DNA of 64,000 nucleotides from an uncultured Candidatus Binatia bacterium (GTDB lineage: Bacteria; Desulfobacterota; Binatia; Bin18; CBDCRK01): NCBI GenBank assembly GCA_965220955.1, contig CBDCRK010000037.1, forward strand, positions 58,928 through 122,927, written 5' to 3'. Each line of letters opens with the position of its first letter. Positions within the stretch are counted from its first letter, which is position 1. The notes beneath the pieces are model-generated. The model was not told the DNA's origin. It worked only from the letters and a program-made list of their open reading frames with translations, and did not search any database. This document shows positions 19,458-30,729 of the stretch, piece by piece. The position numbers and the translations under genes are program-made.

Positions 19458-21348
19458 CCTTCTTCCCCCGGGTCGAGGCAAAATACCTTTCCAGAACCTG
19501 CCGAACAACAGGGGCGGCTACTGCTCCTCCACCCTGACCTGCATGTTCAACCAGACAGACTACCACTATCTCAGGGTCCGCAAACGGGGCAAAGGCGATA
19601 AACCAAGCATGGTCTCGGAATTGTCGAGGAAGTTCGGTTTCATCTTCCTTAAGACCAGCCACCGTCTGGGCTGTGCCAGTTTTGCCAGCCACTAAAACAT
19701 TGGACAGCCGAGATTTTTTCCCAGTACCTGGAGGGCTGTTAACAACATCCCGCATGGCCAGCCGAACAAGGTTGAGGATCTCTTGGTCTATTCCTGCAGT
19801 CAGGTTGACCTCCGGATGGTACTCTTCCACTACTTCTCCCTCAACACTTTCTACCCGCCTAACAAGATAGGGCCGATAGACGATTCCGCCGTTAGCAACA
19901 GCCGCGGTGAGCGTTGCCATCTGCAGGGGGGTAACAGACACATACCCCTGGCCTATCGCCACTGACAGGGTCTCCCTCGCACCCCAGGGAACCCCAAATA
20001 TTTTCTCCTTCCATGCTGCCTCAGGAATCACTCCAACCTTTTCATGATCGAGGGTGATCTTGGTGAGCTGACCCAGGCCAAATCTACGGGCATAATTGGC
20101 AATGGCATCGATTCCTAGCTGCTGTCCTATCTGGTAGAAATAGACATTGCACGACTGTACCAACGCCCGATGCAAATCCACCATTCCATGCCCACCCTTT
20201 TTCCAGCAGTGAAAGAAGCGGCCACCAAATCTTAGGCCGCCCCGGCAAAAAAAACGCGTGGAAGGATTAACCATCCCTTCTGCAAGGGCAGCAGCAGCAA
20301 GAACAACTTTAAACGTCGAGCCTGGGGGATACTGCCCCTGAATCACCCGATTGGTAAGTGGGTGGTAGGAGCTAGTAACCAGCTCCTGCCACTCCTCCGG
20401 GCGAATTCCACGAGCAAAAATGTTAGGGTCAAACGCTGGGCGGCTGACCATGGCTAAGACAGCACCGTCCCTCGGGTCAAGGATCACTAGAGCTCCCTCT
20501 TTTCCCGCCATTGCTTTCTCGGCAGCGTCCTGCATGTCCCAATCAAGGGTAAGAATCAGATTGAACCCTGATTGGGCTCCGATTTCTTCTAAGATTCGCA
20601 GCCGCCTGCCCACCGAATCTACCTCAATGTGCTGGAAGCCGTTTCGCCCACGTAAGTATTTTTCCCATCGCTTCTCTGCTCCAAACTTCCCAATCACCTC
20701 TCCCATGTGGTAGTCTGAAAACAGGATGAGTTCCTCTGGGCTGATCTCGCCCACATAACCCAGAAGGTGGGCGGCAAACCCGTTGGACGGATAGCGCCGC
20801 TTGGGGTGCACTTCTACACTCACTCCAGGAATATCAAGCTTATGCGACTCCACCGCTGCCAGTGTCGACCAATCAACGTCCCGCTTGACCACTACTCCCT
20901 CATAAGAAGGCCGACGCAGGCGGCGCGACGAGACACCGTTGGCTAGCTCTTGGCCACCCGGCAGGTACAGGGTAAGAGAATTGAGAGTAGTCTCGATATC
21001 AGGGGTATCCTCAGGTACCAGAACCACATCAAAAGAGGGACGGTTGTCAACCAACACCCTTCCCTTGCGGTCATAAATGATTCCTCGCAACGCCTCTGTC
21101 TGTTTAAGGCGTAGACGATTACTCTCCGAGAGAGCGCGAAAATGCTCTCCCTCAATGGCCTGCAAATACCATAAGCGGAGACATAGAAGACATATCGTCC
21201 CCAGGACAACCGTGCCGACCGTTAAGAGCCGCGGCCAGAGACTAGGAGAATCGAGTAAGAAGTTGGGAGTCTTTTTAAGGAAAGTGCGGTCTAAACGCCA
21301 ACGCCGGGTCTTTCCCCTTGATCTCTGGGCTCTATGCTTCTGATTCAT
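19426..21348 (-). CDS. mrdA: Penicillin-binding protein 2 (elongasome transpeptidase)
   Basis: 640-aa ORF with PBP dimerisation and transpeptidase motifs (STFK, SCN, KTGT) in mre/mrd context. Confidence 0.9.
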   Translation of the reverse strand: MNQKHRAQRSRGKTRRWRLDRTFLKKTPNFLLDSPSLWPRLLTVGTVVLGTICLLCLRLWYLQAIEGEHFRALSESNRLRLKQTEALRGIIYDRKGRVLVDNRPSFDVVLVPEDTPDIETTLNSLTLYLPGGQELANGVSSRRLRRPSYEGVVVKRDVDWSTLAAVESHKLDIPGVSVEVHPKRRYPSNGFAAHLLGYVGEISPEELILFSDYHMGEVIGKFGAEKRWEKYLRGRNGFQHIEVDSVGRRLRILEEIGAQSGFNLILTLDWDMQDAAEKAMAGKEGALVILDPRDGAVLAMVSRPAFDPNIFARGIRPEEWQELVTSSYHPLTNRVIQGQYPPGSTFKVVLAAAALAEGMVNPSTRFFCRGGLRFGGRFFHCWKKGGHGMVDLHRALVQSCNVYFYQIGQQLGIDAIANYARRFGLGQLTKITLDHEKVGVIPEAAWKEKIFGVPWGARETLSVAIGQGYVSVTPLQMATLTAAVANGGIVYRPYLVRRVESVEGEVVEEYHPEVNLTAGIDQEILNLVRLAMRDVVNSPPGTGKKSRLSNVLVAGKTGTAQTVAGLKEDETELPRQFRDHAWFIAFAPFADPEIVVVCLVEHAGQGGGAVAAPVVRQVLERYFASTRGKKDVQQEAPLAF

Positions 21349-21848
21349 GTGCGCTTGTCACGATAGAGCAAGGCAAAAACCACAGGGGTCAACAATACCG
21401 CGACCACCGTATCCCACATTAAGTAGTGGGCTATCGCCATCTGCGCTCTTACTGTGAGCTGGCCAAAGCCGCTCAGCAGGAAAAACGCGCCCGTTTTGAG
21501 CATTATACCAAGACACACTAGAGAGGCGATCGTTAGGGGGTTACTCGGCCATAGATAGCGCGAGATAGCCACCACCGTAGCAAACACCAGACTCATAGCA
21601 AAAGCATTGACCCCTACTGGCGCCCCTGAGCAGCTGTCAAGAAAGTAGCCAAGAAAAAATGCCCCCGAGGCCCCCCCTGCGGATTGATGGTGAAGCCCAA
21701 GATATACACAAAGGATCAGCATGAGGTCGGGAATAAGGGGAAACTGGTGCAGCAGCGTAGTCTGGAGGAGTAAGGCTCCTGCACCACTCAAGGCAATGAG
21801 CATGGCTACCCTTCCTGATCCGCTAACGATTCCTTCCCCCGTCCGCAC
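21345..21848 (-). CDS. mreD: Rod shape-determining protein MreD
   Basis: 167-aa polytopic membrane protein between mreC and mrdA; start may be the internal Met at ~21803. Confidence 0.7.
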   Translation of the reverse strand: MRTGEGIVSGSGRVAMLIALSGAGALLLQTTLLHQFPLIPDLMLILCVYLGLHHQSAGGASGAFFLGYFLDSCSGAPVGVNAFAMSLVFATVVAISRYLWPSNPLTIASLVCLGIMLKTGAFFLLSGFGQLTVRAQMAIAHYLMWDTVVAVLLTPVVFALLYRDKRT

Positions 21849-22668
21849 GGGAAGTAAAGCGGGGAATCACAAGAACTTCTTCCACCTTAGCAAGTTCGAC
21901 ACTAGGTGCTACCTCCACCTCCTGGAACAGCCGGTTGGCGCTCCATTTCACCCTCACAACCTCGCCGATGAGTTGTCCCTTAGGAAAGATACCATCAAGG
22001 CCCGAAGTAACCACTGCATCGCCCACCTGTACATCGTCGGCCGAGTGAACGTACTTGAGAATACATCTTCCCTCTAGGGTACCCTCAGCAATTCCACGCA
22101 CCCGTTTTCGCTGGACCAACGCATCCGCCCCACTGCTATGGTCAGAAATCAAAAGTACCTGTGCCGCGTGGGGACTAACAGACACCACCCGACCCACTAC
22201 CCCCTCAGGCACCAGAACCGCCATACCCTCGCTAAGGCCATCACGCTTACCTTTACCCAGGGTAAGCGTACGGACCCATCCCAGCGGGCTTCTACCAACC
22301 ACCTGGGCGGCAATAGCACTCCCACTGAAGCTATCTCTGAATACAAGCAGGTCTTCCAGCCGCTTGTTCATTAAATCAAGCTCCACCGCTCGCCGTGCTG
22401 CACTCTGAAGTTCTTGCAGTCGTCGGCGTAGGGCCTCGTTTTCTTGGCGTAGAGCCAGTAACGAGACGTAGCGGTCCCACAAGCGCCTTACACTCCGCAC
22501 CGCCAGCGTAGTTCCAAGCTGTAGCGGGTGCATGATCTCAAGGAAGATCACACCCACTGGGTCTACGCTATAGGGGGTGCGGGTATTCGCCGAGGCAAGA
22601 AACAGCGATAAGAGAAGAAAGAATATACAAGAGAGAACAACCTGATATCGCTGGAGAAATCCGCGCAT
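21823..22668 (-). CDS. mreC: Rod shape-determining protein MreC
   Basis: N-terminal TM, coiled-coil (ALRQENEALRRRLQELQ), then MreC beta domains. Confidence 0.85.
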   Translation of the reverse strand: MRGFLQRYQVVLSCIFFLLLSLFLASANTRTPYSVDPVGVIFLEIMHPLQLGTTLAVRSVRRLWDRYVSLLALRQENEALRRRLQELQSAARRAVELDLMNKRLEDLLVFRDSFSGSAIAAQVVGRSPLGWVRTLTLGKGKRDGLSEGMAVLVPEGVVGRVVSVSPHAAQVLLISDHSSGADALVQRKRVRGIAEGTLEGRCILKYVHSADDVQVGDAVVTSGLDGIFPKGQLIGEVVRVKWSANRLFQEVEVAPSVELAKVEEVLVIPRFTSRADGGRNR

Positions 22669-22684
22669 GTCCCTACTTGATAAG

Positions 22685-23782
<1,098 letters not shown>

Positions 23783-23984
23783 TTATAGCAAGCTTTGCAG
23801 CTGTACGTTCTTATCTAAAAAGGCAAGAAGAAGGGCTTAATGCCTGGTTCTCTCTGTCCCATCTGCCAAGGGAATCGGCTATAAGCAGGCATGGTTTTCT
23901 CTTTTTTGATACAAAGAAAATGGTTTCAAGTGTTGCTTTTCCATTATGGGGTTATTATCTCCTAAATTAAGGAGGTTCTAGACT

Positions 23985-25910
23985 ATGCTAAATTCCCTGC
24001 GTCGTCGGGCTCGGGCTTCTGCCCGCTCCCCTGTGATTAAGACTCTTCTCTTTGTCATTATTATAGTGTTCATTTTTTGGGGGGTAGGTGGAATCACAGA
24101 AAACCAACTAGATATAGTAGCGACCATTGACGATCATGTGATTTCCAGCCAGGAATTTCAGCAAGCTTATGAAAACATTAAGAGCAACTACCGCTATCTC
24201 TATAAGGAACGGTTCTCGCCCGAGCTCCTCCAGTCGCTTGATCTCAAAGGCAGAACGATTGACGAGCTGATCAATCATACACTACTCCTCAGGGAAGCCA
24301 AACGATTGGGGCTCACGGTGGTGGAGGAAGAGTTGCGTGCGACTATTGCTGCCCTGCCTGCTTTCCAAGCCGATGGTCGCTTTCGCAAAGATCTATATCT
24401 GCGGGCGTTGCACTATGCTCGTCTCACTCCAGGCGAATTTGAAGAAGCACAGCGCGAGCAGATTTTAGTCGAGAAACTGCGCAACCTGCTCACCGACTCC
24501 CTGCAGGCGACTGAGAAAGAAGTGAAAGATCTCTACTGGTTTGGCAACGAGAAAGTGATCCTTTCTTTTATTAAGCTCTCCGCTAGTGATTTTTTCGATC
24601 AAGTTACCATCAATGACCATGAAACTGCGGAATACTACCAGACCCACCAAGAATCCTTTCGCCGGCCCGAGCGGGTTAGGCTACGCTACATGGCCTACTC
24701 CTTTGACCGCCTTGCACCCAAAACACAGGTAGCGGATCAGGAGATTTTGGCATATTACAATCTCAACAAGGAGAACGCCTTTACTTTACCTGCCCGGGTG
24801 CATATCCGCCATATCCTCTTCGCCACCCCTTCACAGACAAGCAACAACGAACGGGGAAATATTCGAGCTAAGGCCGAAGATGTGCTTGGGCGTATCCGTA
24901 CGGGCGAGGATTTTTCTTTACTGGCCAAGACCTACTCTGACGACCCGGCCACAGCTCCCGAGGGGGGAGACCTGGGTTTCATTACCAGGGGCCGCATGGT
25001 CAAACCTTTTGAGGAGGCAGCTTTTAGTCTTACCGCTGGAGGTATTAGTAACCTGGTCGAAACAACCTTGGGCTTCCACATTATCAAGGCCGATGCGGTA
25101 GAAGAAGAACGGGTGCAATCCCTGGAAGAGGTCAAGGAAGAAATTCGCCAGATGCTGGGCAAAGAAAGGGCTCAGGACTTAGCTCTGCTACAGGCACAGG
25201 TAGATCAGCAGAAAATCGTTGCGGGGGAATCTCTGGATACCGTCGCCCAGGCAGCAGGAATATCAGTAGAAGAGACACCTTTGCTTGCCTGGGACGAGAC
25301 CATTCCTGGGCTTGGCCGCCAGCCTACATTTATCGAAGCCGCCTTTGCTTTGCCTCTTCAAGGAATTAGCGAGCCCCTGTGGACTGACCAGGGATTCTAT
25401 TTGATCTCGCCAGTTGAGAGAGTTCCCTCAACCATTCCTGATTTGGCTGCTATCCGCGAAGAAGTGGAGCGTAAGCTTAAGAATGAAAAGGCAGAGAAGC
25501 TCGCCCAGGAAAGAGCTAGGTTACTTCTGGCCCAGCTCAAGGAGAGCCAGGACCTTGCCAGTGTGGCTAAAGAGGCTGGCCTAAGGGTTGAAGAGAGTGG
25601 TGCTTTCACTCGCCAGGGAAGCTATATAGCAAAAATGGGCAGCCTACCAGAGCTAAAAAAGGATACGTTTCACCTCACTGCTGAACAGCCCGTAGCTGAA
25701 CAGATCTACACCTGGAGCAGTAATGTTTACCTTGCTGTCTTAAAAGAGCACTTGAAACCTCAACTGCAGGAGTTCGACAAGCAGAAAGAAACCCTTGAGG
25801 AGACCTTAACCCAGCAAAAGAAGGCAACCGTGGTAGCAGAGCTCCTGCGCCTGTTGAAAGAAAAGGCCGAGATCAGCATTAATCAAACCCTGCTCGCCAG
25901 CCTGTCTTAG
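23985..25910 (+). CDS. Periplasmic chaperone / peptidyl-prolyl isomerase, PpiD/SurA-like
   Basis: N-terminal TM anchor, SurA_N-like region and a parvulin PPIase domain (HILFATP..GGDLGFITRG..GFHIIK). Confidence 0.75.
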   Translation: MLNSLRRRARASARSPVIKTLLFVIIIVFIFWGVGGITENQLDIVATIDDHVISSQEFQQAYENIKSNYRYLYKERFSPELLQSLDLKGRTIDELINHTLLLREAKRLGLTVVEEELRATIAALPAFQADGRFRKDLYLRALHYARLTPGEFEEAQREQILVEKLRNLLTDSLQATEKEVKDLYWFGNEKVILSFIKLSASDFFDQVTINDHETAEYYQTHQESFRRPERVRLRYMAYSFDRLAPKTQVADQEILAYYNLNKENAFTLPARVHIRHILFATPSQTSNNERGNIRAKAEDVLGRIRTGEDFSLLAKTYSDDPATAPEGGDLGFITRGRMVKPFEEAAFSLTAGGISNLVETTLGFHIIKADAVEEERVQSLEEVKEEIRQMLGKERAQDLALLQAQVDQQKIVAGESLDTVAQAAGISVEETPLLAWDETIPGLGRQPTFIEAAFALPLQGISEPLWTDQGFYLISPVERVPSTIPDLAAIREEVERKLKNEKAEKLAQERARLLLAQLKESQDLASVAKEAGLRVEESGAFTRQGSYIAKMGSLPELKKDTFHLTAEQPVAEQIYTWSSNVYLAVLKEHLKPQLQEFDKQKETLEETLTQQKKATVVAELLRLLKEKAEISINQTLLASLS

Positions 25911-25983
25911 AGCAGCTAACAAAATGAACGCCAGAGCGTATAGCCATACGCCCTTACATTGGCCAGTGGCTGACCGCTTATTA

Positions 25984-27144
25984 TCAGCGATAGGCCCTTA
26001 GAGCCTCCTGATAGACAATCTTTAGTGGCACATTCTTCTCCTGTGCCAGCCGTCGGCAATCCTCGTACTCTGGAGCAACACTCTCCCGACCCTGAGGGTC
26101 ATAGGCAATCTTAATCCGTACCGGGCCATAAGCAGTTGCCACCTCTCGCACCTCTCGTCGCAGGGCTATTCTCTTAATGGGGAAATAGCGAATCCCCAAG
26201 GTTGAGGTCTCGCGAAAGATTACGGTGCTGAGCTTCTCTCGGTCCTGCTCTTGAGCAAGAACCCAAAGCAGCACCCCGGGACGCCCCTTCTTCATCTGAA
26301 TAGGAGTGAGAAACACATCCTTAGCTCCAATGACAAAGAGACTCTCTGTCACATGCTCGTACAGCTCAGGGTTTAAATCGTCAATGTTTGTCTCCAGCAC
26401 CAGCAGGTCTTCGTGTTGAACCGACTCTACCCGTCTCCCCACCAGTACCCGTAGCAGGTTTGGCCGATCGGATAGCTTCCTCTCTCCGGCGCCATAACCA
26501 ACACCCTCAACCTGCATCTCGGGAATACCGTCTTGCTTGGCCAATGCAGCAAGAATCGCTGCTCCTGTAGGTGTAACCATCTCCGCCTCACCCTCCTGCA
26601 TACGTACCTTCATGTCTTTAACCAGCTCAACCGTTGCCGGAGCAGGAATGGGAAGTATACCGTGGCGGGAGGGCACCAAGCCCTTTCCTAGAGGCAGCGC
26701 CGAAGCAAAGATTTCTTCAATGCCGAGAGTGTGCAAGCCATAGGCGGTTCCAACAATATCGATGATTGAGTCCACCGCACCGACTTCATGAAAGTGCACT
26801 TTCTCTAATGAAACCCCATGAACTCGCCCTTCTGCCTCGGCCAGCACAGTGAAGATCCGAATCGCTCTCTCAGCTACTTGCGGTAAGAGAGAGGCATTTT
26901 CAATCATACCCACAATCTCGGGAAAGCTTCTTTCCTTCTGCTCTTTGGCCTCAATAGCAACCTGAAATTTAATCCCCCTAATCCCGTGCACGTTTCTCTC
27001 TTCTTTTCCTAACATATATCCGCTCAGCGGTAGCTTGCGCATGTCTTCAACAAAAGCCTCCCAGGGAAGGCCGAGATGTAGTAGGGCCCCAATAGTCATG
27101 TCTCCGCTGATACCCGAGAAGGTATCAAAATAGGCAATCTTCAT
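25984..27144 (-). CDS. larC: LarC family nickel-insertion protein (nickel-pincer cofactor biosynthesis, DUF111)
   Basis: Hallmark N-terminus MKIAYFDTFSGISGDMTIGALLHLG and conserved C-terminal domain. Confidence 0.8.
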   Translation of the reverse strand: MKIAYFDTFSGISGDMTIGALLHLGLPWEAFVEDMRKLPLSGYMLGKEERNVHGIRGIKFQVAIEAKEQKERSFPEIVGMIENASLLPQVAERAIRIFTVLAEAEGRVHGVSLEKVHFHEVGAVDSIIDIVGTAYGLHTLGIEEIFASALPLGKGLVPSRHGILPIPAPATVELVKDMKVRMQEGEAEMVTPTGAAILAALAKQDGIPEMQVEGVGYGAGERKLSDRPNLLRVLVGRRVESVQHEDLLVLETNIDDLNPELYEHVTESLFVIGAKDVFLTPIQMKKGRPGVLLWVLAQEQDREKLSTVIFRETSTLGIRYFPIKRIALRREVREVATAYGPVRIKIAYDPQGRESVAPEYEDCRRLAQEKNVPLKIVYQEALRAYR

Positions 27145-27224
27145 GTTGCTCCTCCTATGAGAGGGATAGCTTGCATCCTGTCTATACCCAAGCTATGACA
27201 GTGTAAACCCAATGAGTTCTATCA

Positions 27225-28388
27225 ATGAGTTCTATTGTTGTTCGCTACCACGAAATTGCGCTTAAGCGGGGAAATCGCCCCCGCTTTGTGGCCAAGCTAG
27301 TAGAGAATTTAAAAGCTGCTACTCGAGACCTCGCGGTGCGGCCTGCCCAAGCACGGATGAGCCGGATTGAGGTTCCGCTGTTGACAGAGGCTGACTGGCC
27401 TGAGGTCCGCCGGCGGATTGAGGGAGTATTCGGCGTTGTCAATTTTTCCCTGGCGGAGCGCGGCTTCCGTAACGCCGAAGAGTTAAAGAGGCAAATCGGG
27501 GAAGCTCTGGAAGGCAAGGTTTTCCGTTCCTTTCGCATCCACACTAAACGGGCGGACAAGGCATACCCGTGGACTTCACCGCAGCTTAACACCGAGATCG
27601 GGGCATACGTGAAGGAGCGCACCAGAGCAGCGGTGGACCTGGACCATCCAGAGTTGACCGTTCAGATTGAAATCTTGCCCAAGGAGATATTCTTTTCCAT
27701 CGAGAAAGTCCCTGGGCCCGGCGGCCTACCGGTAGGTATCAGTGGTCCTGTCCTAGGCCTCATCTCCGGCGGCATTGATTCACCCCTGGCTGTCTACCGC
27801 ATGATGCAGCGAGGCTGTCGAGTCGTTTTTGTCCACTTCCACAGCGTGCCGTATCTCAATCGTACCAGTCAAGAGAAAGTCAAGGAGCTTGTTACCCTGC
27901 TTACCCGCCACCAGTTTCACTCTCGGCTGTTTCTTGTGCCCTTTGGCGAAATCCAACGGGAAATCGTCCTAGCGGTTAAGCGTCCCTATCGTATTGTCCT
28001 TTATCGGCGCATGATGCTGCGGATTGCCGAAACTATAGCCCGGCAAGAGGGAGCCAAGGCCCTGATTACTGGCGAAAGTCTAGGACAGGTTGCCTCGCAA
28101 ACCCTGGACAATATTGCCACCATTGAAGAAGCTGCCACCCTACCTGTGCTACGTCCCTTGATTGGTATGGATAAAAACGAGATCTCCCACCAAGCCGAGC
28201 GCATTGGCACTTTTTCCATCTCCATTATTCCTGACCAGGATTGCTGCCAGCTTTTTACTCCTCGTCATCCATCTACAAGCGTCTCCCTTGAGCAGGTAAA
28301 ACGAATCGAGAGCGGGCTCAACGTTGACGAGCTAGTCAAGCTGGGAGTTGGAGGAGCCGAGCTGGTCAAGTTTACTTTCCCTGGATAG
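27225..28388 (+). CDS. thiI: tRNA 4-thiouridine synthase ThiI (THUMP + PP-loop, no rhodanese domain)
   Basis: THUMP-like N-terminus, PP-loop SGGIDSPLA; 387 aa. Confidence 0.8.
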   Translation: MSSIVVRYHEIALKRGNRPRFVAKLVENLKAATRDLAVRPAQARMSRIEVPLLTEADWPEVRRRIEGVFGVVNFSLAERGFRNAEELKRQIGEALEGKVFRSFRIHTKRADKAYPWTSPQLNTEIGAYVKERTRAAVDLDHPELTVQIEILPKEIFFSIEKVPGPGGLPVGISGPVLGLISGGIDSPLAVYRMMQRGCRVVFVHFHSVPYLNRTSQEKVKELVTLLTRHQFHSRLFLVPFGEIQREIVLAVKRPYRIVLYRRMMLRIAETIARQEGAKALITGESLGQVASQTLDNIATIEEAATLPVLRPLIGMDKNEISHQAERIGTFSISIIPDQDCCQLFTPRHPSTSVSLEQVKRIESGLNVDELVKLGVGGAELVKFTFPG

Positions 28389-28503
28389 GTTCGCAAGGAG
28401 GATAGATGCCAATGATACCTCCCAGGGGCTTTGATGCCCTTTTGACCTTCGGGCGTTAGGTGCCTATACGTCGAGAGAAAATGTTCGTTCGACGGAAGTA
28501 GCC

Positions 28504-29094
28504 ATGTCACGTCAGATCCGCAGAGTGTGTGTTTATTGCGCGTCGAGCCGTAAAGCAGATGGCGCGTATCTCGATGCCGCAGGCCGCCTCGGCCGGCTCC
28601 TGGCACGGCAGGGGATTACCTTGGTCTACGGTGGTGGATCTGTCGGAGCCATGGGCGCGCTTGCTGACGGAGCTCTAGCAGAGGGCGGGCGTGTTATTGG
28701 CGTCCTCCCGCGCTTCATGTATGAGCTGGAATGGGGACACAGCAGACTCACTGAGCTCCAGCTCGTCAATGATCTCCACGAGCGCAAGCGGCTCATGATT
28801 GAGGAGGTAGACGCTATCGTTGCCCTGCCCGGTGGATCTGGCACTCTGGAGGAGTTGCTTGAAGCTATCACTTGGAAGCGCCTGGGGTTGTACGTGAATC
28901 CGATCGTGTTGGTTAACATTCGGGGCTTCTTCGATGCTCTAGTGGCACTGTTCGACAGAGCCATTGCCGAGAACTTTATGGACGTACGCCACCGCTCGAT
29001 GTGGATTGTAGTGGAAAGAATCGAAGAGGTGGTGGCTGCGATTCACAAGGCACCAAAGTGGAGCGCTGAAGCACAAAAGTTTGCAACTGTGTGA
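28504..29094 (+). CDS. LOG family protein (TIGR00730; cytokinin riboside 5'-monophosphate phosphoribohydrolase-like)
   Basis: VYGGGSVGAMGA and PGGSGTLEEL motifs. Confidence 0.8.
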   Translation: MSRQIRRVCVYCASSRKADGAYLDAAGRLGRLLARQGITLVYGGGSVGAMGALADGALAEGGRVIGVLPRFMYELEWGHSRLTELQLVNDLHERKRLMIEEVDAIVALPGGSGTLEELLEAITWKRLGLYVNPIVLVNIRGFFDALVALFDRAIAENFMDVRHRSMWIVVERIEEVVAAIHKAPKWSAEAQKFATV

Positions 29095-29427
29095 CCCGCG
29101 GGAGGCGTTATCAACAAAAACCACAAGGTGATGAGAGACAAATGTCCAACCCACTGCTGCACAACTCCTGACCTTGCTCATTCAGGACCACTCATGTAGA
29201 AATGGCGGGCATGTCGCTGCCCATCGAAATTCTTCTCCCACTGCTTCCAAAACTCAGCGCGCGTGACCCTCTACAAGAACTCCGTCACATCCGTCGCAAA
29301 ATTGAGGAAGCCTGCGAGGAGCGAGGCCAAACATACACAGACTATCTCTTACAGGTGCAGAGAAAACATACCGATCGTCTCGTGCGTTGTGGGCCGAAGC
29401 CACGTTTAAAAGTGAAGGAACACCGTA

Positions 29428-29775
29428 TTGCACAATGGTCTTCGGGCAATGCTCACAACACAGGCCATTAAAAATTGGCTTGACCGTCTGCCCAAAGTCG
29501 AATTGCACATACACATCGAAGTTGCCATCCCCCTCCCGGCCCTCTGGCAACTTATCGAGAAATACGGGGCTGCACCGAATATTGGAGGCATTGATGCTCT
29601 GCGAGATCGCTTCAGGTACCTCGATTTCCAGCAGTTTAGCGGGAATTCTAGGTCTGCCTGGATTGATAAAGCTGAACGAGAGACGTCTTTAACCGGATTT
29701 ACCGAAAGGCTGGTATCACCTCCTGGGCAAAACACTGGAGACCTTCGAGGTCATAAGGCGAGGAAACGGAGATGA
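29428..29775 (+). pseudogene. N-terminal stub of an adenosine deaminase-like gene
   Basis: LPKVELHIHIEVAIPLPALWQLIEKYG resembles the ADA N-terminus (LPKxELHxHLDG..) but similarity is lost after ~70 aa; the convergent LLM oxidoreductase gene overlaps its 3' part. Confidence 0.4.
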
Positions 29776-30643
29776 TGAGGTGGGTAACCCCAACGGCAAT
29801 GAATTCTTCAACCTGTTTTCGCACCTCTTGGGAACTGCCCACAAGCATCCACTTACGTGCCTCCTCCAAGGTGGTGTTCCAGGTTGCCGCATAGGCTTCT
29901 AGGGCTTTGCGTTCTTTCTCCCGGTCATTGCTGAGGGTCATCTGGATCAGCACCGACTTTTCAATGGCTGCAGGGTCACGGCCGATCTGATAGCAGTGCT
30001 CTGTCAGCACAGCGATTTTATGGCGAAAGACCTCAGGCGAGCCGAAAGTGTTCCACATATTCGCATGGCGGGCAACAATGCCTAAGGCCACCCTCTCGCC
30101 TGCCGCGCCAAGCATAATAGGGGGATGGGGGTTTTGCATCGGCTTGGGCTTAAAGAGGGCATCGTTGAGCTGATAGTATTTACCAGTGAAGTTGGCCTTC
30201 TCTTCTATCCACAATCGCTTGATCACTTCCAGAGCCTCGTCTAGCATTGCTAGCCGATCGCTAATCTTGGGAAAAGGAATATCATACGCCTTATGCTCCA
30301 GCTCAAACCAGCCAGCACCAAGACCCAGAATTAAACGGCCACCGCTGATCACGTCTACTGTAGTTGCCATCTTTGCCAGCACCGCCGGGTGGCGATAGGT
30401 GTTGCCCGTAACCATCACCCCCAGGCGAGCTTTCTTTGTAGCCATGGCTAGGGCAGCCAGAGTTGTCCAGCCTTCCAAGCAAGGTCCGGTGGGATCAGAA
30501 AAGATAGGAATAAAGTGATCAAACACCCAAGCACTGTCAAACCCCAGGGAGTCCACATTTTGCCAGAGTGAGAGCACCTCCTGCCAAGACCCATGCTGCT
30601 GTGGAGTCTGGATGCCAAAGCGGACCGGATGCGCACTCGACAT
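29699..30643 (-). CDS. LLM-class flavin (F420/FMN)-dependent oxidoreductase (luciferase-like monooxygenase family)
   Basis: Luciferase-like TIM barrel motifs; RBS AAGGAGG before the internal ATG (MSSAHPV), so the start is set at 30643. Confidence 0.75.
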   Translation of the reverse strand: MSSAHPVRFGIQTPQQHGSWQEVLSLWQNVDSLGFDSAWVFDHFIPIFSDPTGPCLEGWTTLAALAMATKKARLGVMVTGNTYRHPAVLAKMATTVDVISGGRLILGLGAGWFELEHKAYDIPFPKISDRLAMLDEALEVIKRLWIEEKANFTGKYYQLNDALFKPKPMQNPHPPIMLGAAGERVALGIVARHANMWNTFGSPEVFRHKIAVLTEHCYQIGRDPAAIEKSVLIQMTLSNDREKERKALEAYAATWNTTLEEARKWMLVGSSQEVRKQVEEFIAVGVTHLIISVSSPYDLEGLQCFAQEVIPAFR

Positions 30644-30729
30644 ACGACCTCCTTTTTTTCTCCTGTTTGCACCTGACAACGTGGCCTATCGGCATGGCTT
30701 TCAGCGTGACCTATTATGCAGCGCGAAAC

